Source: the human T2T-CHM13v2.0 reference genome, Homo sapiens. From it: a stretch of DNA of 64,000 nucleotides. The DNA lies in assembly GCF_009914755.1 (NCBI RefSeq), contig NC_060936.1. The stretch is one strand, 5' to 3'. Shown here piece after piece: positions 42,563 to 56,802 of the stretch (position 1 is its first letter; every line of letters starts with the position of its first letter). Both the position numbers and the translations under genes were made by a program. Below the pieces are notes generated by a model. The model worked only from the letters and a program-made list of their open reading frames with translations. It searched no databases and was not told the origin of the DNA.

Positions 42563-45500
42563 TGTGATGGGGCTCAGGCTCAGGGCTCTAAAAAAGGGGC
42601 TTCCTCCCTTGTGCCCAATCTCGCCTCCTCCCACTTCCCTTGTGCCTTCCTGCATGCCTGCCCCACAAGTGCCTGAGAACAGAACTTGGAACAGAAGGAC
42701 TCTACCCCAGAGAAGACCTGGAAACCTCTAGATGCATGTCTAAAAAGCCCAAGACCACTGGATACATCACTGGGGAACATGATAAAGATGATGTTCACTC
42801 AAGGGCCACCCTACCCTGGCAGCTACATTCAGATTTGCACCTGTGGCTCAGAGTAGCTCAGATTCAAGGGCAATGCAAAGCTTTGGTCCAGCTGCTGTCC
42901 AGGAACCACCATCCCCTAAAGGTGCCACCTGGAGTTTGAGGCTGACATTCAGGGCCCTCACTAGCCATCGCAGTTGCTCCCCCGGCTCGCTCTCTGACAC
43001 ACGGATCCGGCTGCCTGGGAACTCTGCTTCCCTTCTCTCCCTCTCCCCACAAGTGATTAGAGCACAGCACACGGTTCAGCCATCCCAGCCGTCCCAGCTC
43101 TGGAGAGGCACTCCAGGCAATAAAGACACAAGGGAGCCACCTTCAGACGTGAGAGGAAGGCCAAGGGGAACGCGAGTGACGCCTGCCCTCAGGAAGGGGA
43201 AGGGTGAGGCAGGTGAGCACACACCTTGAGAACTCCCTAAGAAGCTTAGAAGAGGTGAATGAGGTCAATTAGAAGGAAAGGCCATCGTACACAGCCCGTG
43301 GAACATGTCACCCATTTGGAAAGAATCTTTCCTTCCTTCACCGTTGCCTTGGCTCTCCTTCCACGCTGCCTTGAACAACAGATCCTTGGGTGTTCATAAC
43401 TGCAATGCCGTGAGGGTGGGGGCATGGCTTACCCACGTCTGGGTTGAGGAGATGGATGTCGTAAGGCTGGGGCCTGGGCCTTTCTCCACGTTCCAGCTCT
43501 CTCCCTGGGCACTCTCATCCACTCCAGAGACCTTCATTGTCACCTATTGCTGACGACACTTAAGTTTCACTCTAACTCTTGCTCTCCTGCAGGCACCAGG
43601 TCCACACATTCCCCTGCCTGCTCAGCATCTACACTTGGATGTTTCCCAGCCCCTCAAAGTCAACATGCCCAAATCCAAACATACGATCTTCTCCAAAACA
43701 GGATTCTTTTTCAGCATTTCCTGCTCCTGCAAATGCTCCACCAAACAGTCAACGAGCTGGAAATCTAGAAGCAGCCTTGATAGCTGTTCTTCCTCATGCC
43801 CCATGTCCAATTTGGTACCGATCCTATAAACTTTACCCCTGAAATGTCTGCCAAACCCCTCTGTTCTTCACCCTTCCATGAGTCCCACCCTAGTGCCAGC
43901 TGTCAGCCTCCTTCCCCTGGAGGACGGCGATGCCCTCCTAACAGATCTCCCTGCTCCCTGTCCCTGTTCCCCACAAGGCAGCCAGGGGTCCTTACAAACA
44001 TCCATCTGGCCAGGACACCCTCAAGAGCACAAACTTATGGGGCTCCCATGGCTCTCGGGCTGGGACCCTGCATTCTGCCCCGCCAGTCTCCACCCCCTCT
44101 CTCCTGCTGGCTCCCTGGGGTCCCGCCATACACCTCTGCTCTAGCACACCAGCTCCCCAGCCCAGCATCCTACATGCATTCTTCCCGCTGCCTGGACCAT
44201 GCTTCCCTACACACTCTTCATCTAGTTGTGGGCCACCTACTATTTTGGTCCTTAGGGACCCAGAAAATCCAAAGCAATCCATTCTTGCTTCAAAAAGCTG
44301 CTAATCAAGGTGTAAGACTGGAATATTCAGATACTACTAAGAAAGCTAATTTCCTTCCAACCTAGACATGAGTAAGGTTCCACAAGTTGGGTTGTGCAGG
44401 ATTGGGAGGAGGTGCAGGCCACGAGGACCCATGTGATGTTGCCGGAGGAAGGCCTCACCACCAGCACCCTGCCCCAAGACAAACCCTTTCTCTGAGCTTA
44501 GTTTTTACTTCGGTGATTTGGGAGAAGGTGTCATTATTATATCTTTTCCTCATAAAGTGAGTGTGATGATACAGTAAGAGAAAAGATTAACATTCCTTGG
44601 AAGTACATGAGCTATGAAAAATGCACAGGATAATTATCAAACCCTACTTCAGGACGTCCATGCTGCCTCCTTCATCCGTCTCTTCTCCACTTCATTCCAG
44701 CTGCTCTGCTTCAAGTCCCTGGAATTCCCTTTCTCTCCCAGCCCACTGCCTGCTCACCTGCCACTTCCTCCTGGAAGCTTCCCCAGACTAAGCAGGAGAA
44801 GCACTGGCTGTCTGTCCCCACCATTATTAGTACAAGTGGGTTTACTCATCAGGGATGACCACACATTTTTTAATCCTTTCGGTACAGTCTTGGCTGTTTC
44901 ATATCAGTGGCCTCAGGTGAGACCTCTGTCCCTTCTCATTGGAGCCAACCTCACCACTCGCAGGACTGCAGGTACCTTAGGTCACTCTACAGAGGCAGAT
45001 GAAGAAGGGGTAGGATCAGAGACATTGAGAGAAAAGAACAGAGACTGAAGGATGGAGAGGCCCAAATCTCAATGAAAAAACAGGTGAAGCCTGTTTTCAG
45101 AGTCTCCCCAAACCAGTCCTTCCGAAATCTCCTTTCTGGGCCTGCCCAAAGCCCCTCCCCAGCTTCTGTGCCCTGTATTCCACCCTCCACTGTCCATCTA
45201 CCATCAGGGCTTCCAACGACCATTTCCTCATTTAACCTCTGGCTCTTTTGCTAATCAGCTAATTTACACCAAAGTACAAACAGCCCATGCTACGTCCTGA
45301 TATTGGTAAAAAGCATTTTGAAAACATTAAAAGGTTCTGCAGAAGGCATAAGCCCACATGCTGATGGGGCAGAGGTCATAGCCTGAAGGCATCATCTCTA
45401 ATGGGGTGAGAGGAAGATGGCTGAGAGGCAGAAGTTCTGGCTGGGACCTCCAAATAATGCTATATCCCCAGACAGTCTGGCAGGAACCTTCAAGGTCACT

Positions 45501-46010
45501 GCATAGGCCGAGAGCTAGAAAGGCCCTTCTGAACAGGGGGGAGGGGCAGGCACAGAATGTGGAGAGCTGGTAAGAGTGAGAGAAGCTTGGGCATGTAGCT
45601 GACAGGGGAAACACCAAAGCCAAGGAGACCAGGAGACACAGTCAGGAGCAAGACAGGGCCAGATTGTGCAGAGAAAGGGCAGAAAGTGAGTTCACTAAGC
45701 ATGGAATAGGGGGCAAGGTGAGTCAGCAGGGACCTAGGCAACTTCCAGAGCCTCCAAGAGAGACCAGCAGCAGGAGGAGGAGGTGTCCTGAGGGAACTGG
45801 ACTTCTGGGCAGTTGGGCTTTTCCTCTGAGTTTCCCTCTTGGCATCATTACTGTCTCACTCCTAACTCCTGGTGGCTGAAGTATGAAGGGCCCTGAAATG
45901 AGGGGCCACCTCCATCCCCAACCTCCCAAAGCCACTGCTTCCAGCAAAACCAGACAGGCCCAGGGCTGCCCTGTGGGAGACAGAGCATCCGCACTCTCCC
46001 AGGCTTCTGC

Positions 46011-47730
46011 ACTAGTCTACTTTCCTTCCTCACTAGTCTACTTTCCTTCCTCACTAGTCTACTTTCCTTCCTCCGTAGTCTACTTTCCTTCGTCACTAGT
46101 CTACTTTCCTTCCTCACTGGTCTACTTTCCTTCCTCTCTAGTCTACCTTCCTTCCTTACTCGTCTACCTTCTTTCCTTATTAGTCACTTTCTTACCAGTC
46201 TTCCTTCCTTACTAGTCTATCTTCTTTCCTTACTCGTCTACCTTCTTTCCTTATTAGTCACTTTCTTACCAGTCTTCCTTCCTTACTAGTCTATCTTCTT
46301 TCCTTACTCGTCTACCTTCTTTCCTTATTAGTCACTTTCTTACCAGTCTTCCTTCCTTACTAGTCTGTCTTCTTTCCTTACTCGTCTGCCTTCTTTCCTT
46401 ATTAGTCACTTTCTTACCAGTCTTCCTTCCTTACTAGTCTATCTTCTTTCCTTACTCGTCTACCTTCTTTCCTTATTAGTCACTTTCTTACCAGTCTTCC
46501 TTCCTTACTAGTCTATCTTCTTTCCTTACTCGTCTACCTTCTTTCCTCATTAGTCACTTTCTTACCAGTCTTCCTTCCTTACTAGTCTATCTTCTTTCCT
46601 TACTCGTCTACCTTCTTTCCTCATTAGTCACTTTCTTACCAGTCTTCCTTCCTTACTAGTCTGTCTTCTTTCCTTACTCGTCTACCTTCTTTCCTTATTA
46701 GTCACTTTCTTACCAGTCTTCCTTCCTTACTAGTCTATCTTCTTTCCTCACTCGTCTACCTTCTTTCCTTATTAGTCACTTTCTTACCAGTCTTCCTTCC
46801 TTTTCTATCTTCTTTCCTTACTCGTCTGCCTTCTTTCCTTATTAGTCACTTTCTTACCAGTCTTCCTTCCTTACTAGTCTATCTTCTTTCCTCACTCGTC
46901 TACCTTCTTTCCTTATTAGTCACTCTCTTACCAGTCTTCCTTCCTTACTAGTCTATCTTCTTTCCTCACTCGTCTACCTTCTTTCCTTATTAGTCACTCT
47001 CTTACCAGTCTTCCTTCCTTACTAGTCTATCTTCTTTCCTTACTTGTCTACCTTCTTTCCTTATTAGTCACTTTCTTACCAGTCTTCCTTCCTTACTAGT
47101 CTACCTTCTTTCCTCACTCGTCTGCCTTCTTTCCTTATTAGTCACTTTCTTACCAGTCTTCCTTCCTTACTAGTCTACCTTCCTTCCTTACTAGTCTACC
47201 TTCTTTCCTTATTAGTCACTTTCTTACCAGTCTTCCTTCCTTACTAGTCTATCTTCTTTCCTTACTCGTCTGCCTTCTTTCCTTATTAGTCACTTTCTTA
47301 CCAGTCTTCCTTCCTTACGAGTCTACCTTCCTTCCTTACTCGTCTACCTTCTTTCCTTATTAGTCACTTTCTTACCAGTCTTCCTTCCTTACTAGTCTAC
47401 CTTCTTTCCTCACTCGTCTGCCTTCTTTCCTTATTAGTCACTTTCTTACCAGTCTTCCTTCCTTACTAGTCTACCTTCTTTCCTCTCTCGTCTGCCTTCT
47501 TTCCTTATTAGTCACTTTCTTACCAGTCTTCCTTCCTTACTAGTCTACCTTCTTTCCTCACTCGTCTACCTTCTTTCCTTATTAGTCACTTTCTTACCAG
47601 TCTTCCTTCCTTACTAGTCTACCTTCTTTCCTCACTCGTCTACCTTCTTTCCTTATTAGTCACTTTCTTACCAGTCTTCCTTCCTTACTAGTCTGTCTTC
47701 TTTCCTCACTCGTCTGCCTTCTTTCCTTAT
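46011..47730 (+). repeat. Pyrimidine-rich VNTR: ~7 x 21-bp units, then ~21 x 74-bp higher-order units (left arm)
   Basis: 21-mer actagtctactttccttcctc. The 74-mer has subunits of 21+15+17+21 bp; attagt recurs at 46179, 46253 ... 47655, with one 70-bp variant (46771-46841). Confidence 0.97.
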
Positions 47731-50309
47731 AGGCCTTCCTTCCTTGTGATTACCCAGGGTTTGATGGAAGGAGCCACATTCTGTTTAGCTTTAATTCCCA
47801 ATGTTTTATACAATACCTGGGAAGTTAAATGGGTCTGCAATGAACGAACAGAGATGTGAAATACTGCACGTATATCATCCCCACCCCAACCTCCCAAAGA
47901 ATGGTCATTTGCTGTGCTTGGAGCCTGGCATGATGGTGTGGGTAATGGGGGTATAGGGGGAAGGCCAGCAGTGGATGAGTGTTGGGAGATGAAGTGGTCC
48001 AGACGGGTAGGTGCGGACTCGATCAGGAAAGACCCTGTATGTCATATATGACAATTTGGTCTTCATCCTAAGAAGAGTAGGCAACCATGGTCCTGCTGAA
48101 GGCATGCCCTGGTAGAAGCCTCAGAGAGACCTGGGTGCTTTCAGATTGAAGACCCTCCCCCTGGACCCCTCCTCAAGTGCCCTGGGCACTTCATTTCAGT
48201 TAGAATCAACATTTACACCCAGGTCTCATCCTGCTTCTTGCATGAATTGGACCCAGGACAACAGCCAAAATTTGAAGCTCCAGGCTTAAAATTTGGGCCC
48301 AATGGCCCTCCTGATTACCCCACCCCTTGCCCCAGAGGTCCTGCAGAACAGCACTTCCCTCAGTCTCTATATGCAGCCACAGTAACAGGACTGCTCTCCA
48401 GTTCCCTCCATACTCACACACACATAAAATCCATTTGCATATCCGCCTCCTGGGCTCTGCTTGTCTTATAGCCTTGGCTCAGAATTAGCCCTCTCTCTCC
48501 AATGCACATGCCCCCCTTTCCTGATGATGCCACCACCACAGTTTGCATCCTTGCCTTGTTCCCCTCTGATAGAAGTAAGCTGGCCTTCCTACTGCTTATC
48601 TTGCTTCTCTCTCATCCTGGGCTCACACCACAGCTACTATTACCATTTTGAAACAATCTCACCAAGTTAGTCCCACTCTGTGGTTGCCTACTCTTCTTAG
48701 GATGAAGACCAAATTGTCATATATGACATACAGGGTCTTTCATGATCGAGTCCGCACCTACCCGTCTGGACCACTTCATCTCCCAACACTCATCCACTGC
48801 TGGCCTTCCCCCTATACCCCCATTACCCACACCATCATGCCAGGCTCCAAGCACAGCAAATGACCATTCTTTGGGAGGTTGGGGTGGGGATGATATACGT
48901 GCAGTATTTCACATCTCTGTTCATTCATTGCAGACCCATTTAACTTCCCAGGTATTGTATAAAACATTGGGAATTAAAGCTAAACAGAATGTGGCTCCTT
49001 CCATCAAGCCCTGGGTAATCACAAGGAAGGAAGGCCTATAAGGAAAGAAGGCAGACGAGTGAGGAAAGAAGACAGACTAGTAAGGAAGGAAGACTGGTAA
49101 GAAAGTGACTAATAAGGAAAGAAGGCAGACGAGTGAGGAAAGAAGATAGACTAGTAAGGAAGGAAGACTGGTAAGAAAGTGACTAATAAGGAAAGAAGGT
49201 AGACGAGTGAGGAAAGAAGATAGACTAGTAAGGAAGGAAGACTGGTAAGAAAGTGACTAATAAGGAAAGAAGGTAGACGAGTGAGGAAAGAAGACAGACT
49301 AGTAAGGAAGGAAGACTGGTAAGAAAGTGACTAATAAGGAAAGAAGGCAGACGAGTGAGGAAAGAAGATAGACTAGTAAGGAAGGAAGACTGGTAAGAAA
49401 GTGACTAATAAGGAAAGAAGGCAGACGAGTGAGGAAAGAAGATAGACTAGTAAGGAAGGAAGACTGGTAAGAAAGTGACTAATAAGGAAAGAAGGTAGAC
49501 GAGTGAGGAAAGAAGATAGACTAGTAAGGAAGGAAGACTGGTAAGAAAGTGACTAATAAGGAAAGAAGGCAGACGAGTGAGGAAAGAAGACAGAAAAGGA
49601 AGGAAGACTGGTAAGAAAGTGACTAATAAGGAAAGAAGGTAGACGAGTGAGGAAAGAAGATAGACTAGTAAGGAAGGAAGACTGGTAAGAAAGTGACTAA
49701 TAAGGAAAGAAGGCAGACGAGTAAGGAAAGAAGACAGAAAAGGAAGGAAGACTGGTAAGAAAGTGACTAATAAGGAAAGAAGGTAGACGAGTGAGGAAAG
49801 AAGGTAGACTAGTAAGGAAGGAAGACTGGTAAGAAAGTGACTAATAAGGAAAGAAGGCAGACGAGTGAGGAAAGAAGATAGACTAGTAAGGAAGGAAGAC
49901 TGGTAACAAAGTGACTAAAAAGGAAAGAAGGCAGACGAGTGAGGAAAGAAGATAGACTAGTAAGGAAGGAAGACTGGTAAGAAAGTGACTAATAAGGAAA
50001 GAAGGTAGACGAGTGAGGAAAGAAGGTAGACTAGTAAGGAAGGAAGACTGGTAAGAAAGTGACTAATAAGGAAAGAAGGTAGACGAGTGAGGAAAGAAGG
50101 TAGACTAGTAAGGAAGGAAGACTGGTAAGAAAGTGACTAATAAGGAAAGAAGGTAGACGAGTGAGGAAAGAAGATAGACTAGTAAGGAAGGAAGACTGGT
50201 AAGAAAGTGACTAATAAGGAAAGAAGGTAGACGAGTAAGGAAGGAAGGTAGACTAGAGAGGAAGGAAAGTAGACCAGTGAGGAAGGAAAGTAGACTAGTG
50301 AGGAAGGAA
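46085..50309. repeat. Large inverted repeat (arms ~46085-48087 and 48681-~50309; spacer 48088-48680)
   Basis: 47731-48087 is the reverse complement of 48681-49037, with only 3 mismatches seen. The VNTRs extend the symmetry outward. Confidence 0.97.
49038..50309 (-). repeat. Same VNTR inverted: ~16 x 74-bp units plus terminal 21-mers (right arm)
   Basis: actaat recurs from 49108 to 50210 (13x74 + 2x70 bp). Reverse complement of the left array. Confidence 0.97.
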
Positions 50310-51629
50310 GACTAACAAGGAGATAATCTCCAGAATGGGAGGAGAGTCAACATGAAAGTATGAAGAAGGATCCATGGAAGCAGAAGCCCTCAGCTCTCCC
50401 TAGAGCTGTCAGGGAGGCTCCCAGAGGACACGGCTTTTGCATGCAACTAGAAGAATTAACTAGGCATCTACCAATGGGCAAAGGAGGAAAGGAGACTCCA
50501 GGAAGAAAGGCAGTGATTTGTATGATCCATTGCAATGGGCCTCGGGCCTGGCTGGTTGAGATTATGGCCCTCCTGAGAGCAATGACTGCTAGCCTCCTCA
50601 CCCTCATTTTCTGCCTGCGGAGTCCCCACAAGGGGCCAGCTACGTGGTGAGATTTGAGGGGCACAGAAAGGGCCCTATCTGGTGTATAGTGCACACTTCT
50701 TAACATGGCCTACAAGGCCCTTTACCATCTTTCTTGTCAACCTTCCCACTGTCATCTCCTGCTAGTGACTCTCCTCTTGTGCACACACAGCCACACATGC
50801 ACAGAAACTCCAGAGAATGAACTGCCTGCAGCTCCCAGAAGGTGATCTGCTTTTTTATTTGCCCTTCTGTCTCTAAACTTCTCTCCCCAACCATACAACC
50901 ACCCCAAATTCCACTCTGTTAACGAGGTTCACAATTTATTATAATGTTAAAAGATTTTAAGCAAGAGAACAACATAATTAGATTACATTAGAAAGATGGC
51001 CCTGGCTGTAGTGAGGATAAATGAGGTGCCAGGAGAAGGATGGATAAATGGATGGGTGGGTGGGTGGATGGACAGGTGGGTAGGTGAATAAATGGATGGA
51101 CAGATTCCTAACTGTTTTTCTGATACACGTACCCTTTATAAAATTCACAAAATTTTATTTCACTGGTCACACTGCTACTCAAAACTTCCACTGTCTTGAG
51201 GCTTACAAACAACTTGGCATCCAAAGACTTACACAGCTGACTGTTACATGTCTCTGCTGCCAAATCCCTCCATCAGACAAGAACATTCCTCTTTAGTCAA
51301 ACCTGTCCCCAGACTGATGCTCACTCTGTGCCTCTGCCTAGGCTGTTACTTCTGTTTGGCATGTCCTCTCCACTAAGCTAAGTCATACCCAGGTAAAGTC
51401 CTACTCCTATACCACGCCTTCCCTAACCACTGAAGGAAGTCCTCTAGAAGTTCAGATTTGCCTTTTTTATCTCTGTATTCCTAGCACAGGACTCTGGATG
51501 CAATAAGAGCTCTAAAAGCTTTTGGAGGTAACGATGTAGGGAACTGAGGAATCCTTTCTTGTGAGTGAATTTTGAAACAGGATGGATTCCCCTGTGCTGA
51601 ACTGAACATAGAACTGCCCTACTAGTAAC

Positions 51630-51830
51630 AACTACAACACTAATCGCTAACACTTTACATGTGTCAGACACTGTTTTAAACACTTTACATGTATCAATTT
51701 ATGTAATCTTCACGATAACCCTGAGGTAGGTACCATTGTTGTCACCATTTTACTGATGAGGAAACTGAAGCACAGAGAGGCCAGGTAAGTTGTCCAAGAT
51801 CACCAGCACACTCAGTCCACACTTTTCTCC
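51630..51830 (-). mobile_element. MIR
   Basis: aaccctgaggtagg..ccattttactgatgaggaaactgaagcacagagagg..tccaagatcac. Confidence 0.75.
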
Positions 51831-53289
51831 ACTAAGCAATGCTGTGCAAAAGGAAGATAAATGGCCAACATTACTTGGTAAATCCCTTCCTGGCTGGACA
51901 TTCTTAACATCCCTCACCCTTTAAAAAGGTCTTTTTACAAATAGCATTTATAGTCAATGATCAGACCCAAGATCCTAACAGTTAAGACCAAGAGAATAAG
52001 AATAAGAGAGAATTATCTTATTGAGAATGTAATCGAATGAGAAATTCATTTCAGGAAGTGCTTCTCTCAATGACAAAATTTACAAATTGGGACTTGGATG
52101 AGTTGCCTAAATGAAACCTACTCATTGGCAGCCCATCCTACACTTTGGTTTGGAGTATGGCTGATGAGATTAAGGTATAAATGCCCCTCCTTACATGTCA
52201 TGAGGAAGTAGCCAGTGTACAACATAAAATTGGTCAAAACTGGTCTGTTGGCTCATTAATTATAACCTGTTTTGCAACAGATTTGCTCTGTTTGCTCTTC
52301 CATTGACATCCTGGGTATATTCAATGGGCTCTCTCCGTGTCCCTCATCATTCTCCACCACCCATAAACATCTCCCATCTCTTCCTCCTGGGTGTAACCAA
52401 GATTAAAGATATCATTCTTATTCTCATCTCTCCAAAGTAGGAATAGGTTTCTCCTACCCAAAATGGACTGGGACTGAGGTTAAAGCCTAAAACAGCTCTT
52501 CCAATCATAGCTCCCACTCTCAGGCTACTGAGGACTTTGGAACTGGGTGAGATGCTGGGGGTTATGGAAGGATGCAGCAGACATGAGGGATAGGAACAAT
52601 CCTGAGAATTTTATAAAATATCCCAAATATATTTATTTATAGTCTGTAGGAAAGTGCTCAGAAAATGCCTCTGTTACAGCTTTTTTAACTGGTATGAGTG
52701 AATTCATATTGTATAGACAGTGAGCTTAATGGGCTAGTTGCACACTGCTTGAGGATAGGCATAGTACCTATCTTATTCACCTCTGTATCCTAAGCCCTGA
52801 GCATATGACCTGGTACATAATAATCTTTGAGGGCAGAGTGTGAGAAAAGGAGGTTCAATAGCAAACATCCACCACAATGGTAACACCATGTGAAAGTCGA
52901 GAGGATTGTTCATGAAGGCACTGGAGACACACCTAGGGACTCCCATCATTACTGGGTCAGACTTTAAGGGTGACTGGAGATAGCATAATAACTAGTGGGG
53001 GAAAATTTTGAGAAATACATTTTTTATTTTCTCATAACTTCTCCTCCACCAGGCTACTGTGGTCTAGCCAAATGCAGATCGCTCTTATTCAAAACCAGGA
53101 TATGTCCTCATTTGAGCATCTGTGAAATTATGGCCACCATATCCCAAAGGACAAAACTGGGAGAAAAAAAGTTCTGGAGAAGGGGCACAGAAGCATACAA
53201 GACCTATTCTGTGTGGAGAAGGAGCCTGTCATGGGAAGCCAGACTTAAAATATTAGGATTCCGCAACTGGAAAAAGACAAATGGGAACA

Positions 53290-53430
53290 CAGAGGGGTTC
53301 TCAACCTTGGATATTCATTAGAATCACCCAAGAAGGTTAAAATATTGATGTCTGGGTTTCACCTCCACAGATTTGGACTTAATTTATCTGGGGTGATTCT
53401 ATGGTACAACCAGGGTTGAGACCATTAGTC
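53290..53430. mobile_element. MER5A-like DNA transposon relic
   Basis: ggttctcaacctt...ttagaatcacc...gtgattct...ccagggttgagacc terminal pattern. Confidence 0.7.
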
Positions 53431-53514
53431 TAGAGAATCACTAACAGAGTCAAAACAGGGAGCACAGATCTAGTCACAGATCTTGAAATATTAGAAGAAA
53501 GAAGCACCACTATT

Positions 53515-55085
53515 TGGGTGGATTTACATTTCCCTAATGACCAATAATGTTGAACATCTTTTTACGTGCTTACTAGCAATTTGCATATCTTCTTTGGAGA
53601 AATGTCTATTCAGAGCTTTTGCTCATTTTAAAATCAGGTTCATCTTTTTATTGTTGAGTTATAAGAGTTATTTCTATATTCCAGATATAAGTCCTTTGTC
53701 TGATATATGACTCACAAATATTTTCTCCCATTCTGTAGGTTGTCTGTTCAATTTTCTTGATGGAGTCAAGAGAAGCACCTGCAACCAAAAATGCTCTTTT
53801 GGAGCATTTTTAATTTTTATGAAGTCCATTTTGTCTATTTTTTATCTGATGTGTCACGGTTTGACTATCGGTGTCTCTTCCAAAATTCATATTGAAACTT
53901 AACCCTCAATGCAGCAGAATTAAGAAGTGGGTCCCTCTGGGAAGGATTAAGTCATAAGGGCTCTGCCTTTACAAATGGGTTAGTACCCTTATAAAAGGGC
54001 TCAAAGGAACAGGCTAGACCCTCTTTTTGCCCTTCTCCCCCCAAGTAAGGACACAAAAACAAAGTGCCATCTTGGAAGCAGAGAGCAGCTGTCACCAGAT
54101 ACTGAATGCTGACACCTTGATCCTGGACTTCCCAGCCTGGAGAACTGTAAGAAATAAATTTCTGTGCTTTATAAACAAGCCAGTCTCTGGCATTTTGTTA
54201 GAGTGAGCAAACTGAGACAGAATGCTTATGGTTTTGGTGTAACATTAAGAAAACATCACCTAAACCAAGGTTGCGAAGATTTACTTCTATGTTGTCTTCT
54301 AGTTTTATCAATTTAACTACTACATTTACATCTACGATTCACTTTGAGTTAATTTTTATGTATGAGTGAGGAAAGGGTCCAACTTCATTCTTTGTACATG
54401 ACTCTCTAGTTGAATTCAGCATAATCAAAGCTCCAGAATTTTTATAGAATTTTATTTTTATAGAATATTTACTTGGATGCAACATCATCAAAGCTCCAAA
54501 ATTCTATACCATAAAGTGACAGGCACTTAGGTTGTTTCCATATCTTGACCACTGTGAATAATGTTTCAATGAACATGGCAGTGCAGATACCTTTACCAGG
54601 TAGTGATTTTACTTCTTTCAGTATATACCCAGAATAGGAATTTCTGGGTCATATGGTGGTTCCATTTTTTTATTTCTTTAGCAACTTCAAACTGTTTTCC
54701 ACAATGACTGCATGAAACTGCATTCCACCAACAGTGTATAAGGGCTCCTTTTTCTCCACATTCCTTCCAAAAGAGTTATCTCCTGACTTTTTTATATTAG
54801 CTATCCTAACAGGTATGCGATGATATCTCACTGTAGTTTTGATTTGCATTTCCCTAATGACTGGTGACGTCGAGGACTTTTTCATATACCTGTTGGCCAC
54901 TTTTATGTCTTCTTTGGAGAAATGTCTATCCAGGTCATTTGCCTATTTTTTAATTAGGTTATTTGTATTTTTGCTATTGGATTGTGTGAGTTCCTTATAT
55001 ATTGTGAATATTAACTTCTTATCTGATACACAGTTGCCAAATATTTCCTTCCACTTCATTGGCTGCCTTTTCATTTTGTTTCCTT
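53515..55085 (-). mobile_element. L1M fragments interrupted by an MST-type MaLR LTR (~53852-54219)
   Basis: Reverse L1 ORF2 motifs (tttggagaaatgtctattc) twice. LTR runs tgtcacggtttg...gccatcttggaagcagagagc...agaactgtaagaaataaatt...gagaca. Confidence 0.75.
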
Positions 55086-56073
55086 TGTCTCTTTTTCATG
55101 GATCACTTATTTCTATTTATTTGCATGTCTAGTAAGTTTTATGGTATACTGGACATTGTGAATGATAAAACATTATCTTCCTATCGAGGGGGTTGGAATT
55201 TTTTTTTTTAACTTTCTAGCAGGAAGTTCAACTATGAGCTGATCACTTTGAGCTTATGTAGGAGTTTGCTGTTGTTGCCAGGGTATGCTGTGGAAAATCC
55301 AAGGTGTTTCTCAAGAGGCTCTAATCTGGAAGGGTTCAGCCTCTAAACTCTTGTCTTCCCTATTGATCTTTCTAGGCTTGGCCTTAGTGTTCTTCAGGGA
55401 CCATCCAGAGTAAATTTTTCTCTACCGTGTGCTTCTTACTCCTAAAACAAAGCCCCTGGGGGTCTCAGCTACATGTCTGGAATGTTAGGACATGCTCATG
55501 AGGTCTTGCCACTCTGGCTGGGATGGACTTTCAACATCTCCCAGTACCGTTCGACTTCTACCATTTCTGTTCTGATCTCAATGCTGCAGCAGCTTCTCTC
55601 TGGCAAACTTCATATGCCTCACCCTGTGCATGTGAAGCCTCACTCTTAGCCAAGGACTCACGAAGGGTCCCCAAAGAGCCCTCTGGGCACCTCCTTTCAC
55701 ACACATTCCTCCTCTCTGTGTTCTTCCCCATAATTTCCAGGCATTTAATAAGCATTTCCAGGCATTTTGCTGCTCCAAATTTTTATCTCTGTCTTCTCAG
55801 TTCAGTGGGATCCTTTCCTCCATGTGGACTCCAGATCCCTGACCCCTGGTAAATAGCCTGCACTCAGAGGGCTAAATTTCTCTTCTTTCAGGGATTGTAC
55901 TTCTATGCTGGTGCTTGTTCAGTACCTGAAAATAACTGATCTACATATTTTTTTCCAGTATTATAATTTATGACAGAATGTCTATCCCAGGACCAGTTAT
56001 TCCATTATGGCCTCAGCCTCCCAAAGTGCTGTGATTATAGGCATGAGCCACTGCACCCAGTCTATTTTATTTA

Positions 56074-56802
<729 letters not shown>

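Noticed and set aside
48040-48053. 14-bp perfect palindrome tgtcatatatgaca in each arm
   Set aside because: Too short to mean anything alone; present twice only because of the duplication.
47905-48863. Twin ORFs (47905..48105 -, 48648..48863 +) encoding almost the same peptide
   Set aside because: A by-product of the inverted duplication of L2-like sequence; no splice or coding evidence.
46011-50309. Regular repeat arrays resembling a CRISPR array
   Set aside because: Units are contiguous with no unique spacers, the context is a human intron, and there are no cas genes.
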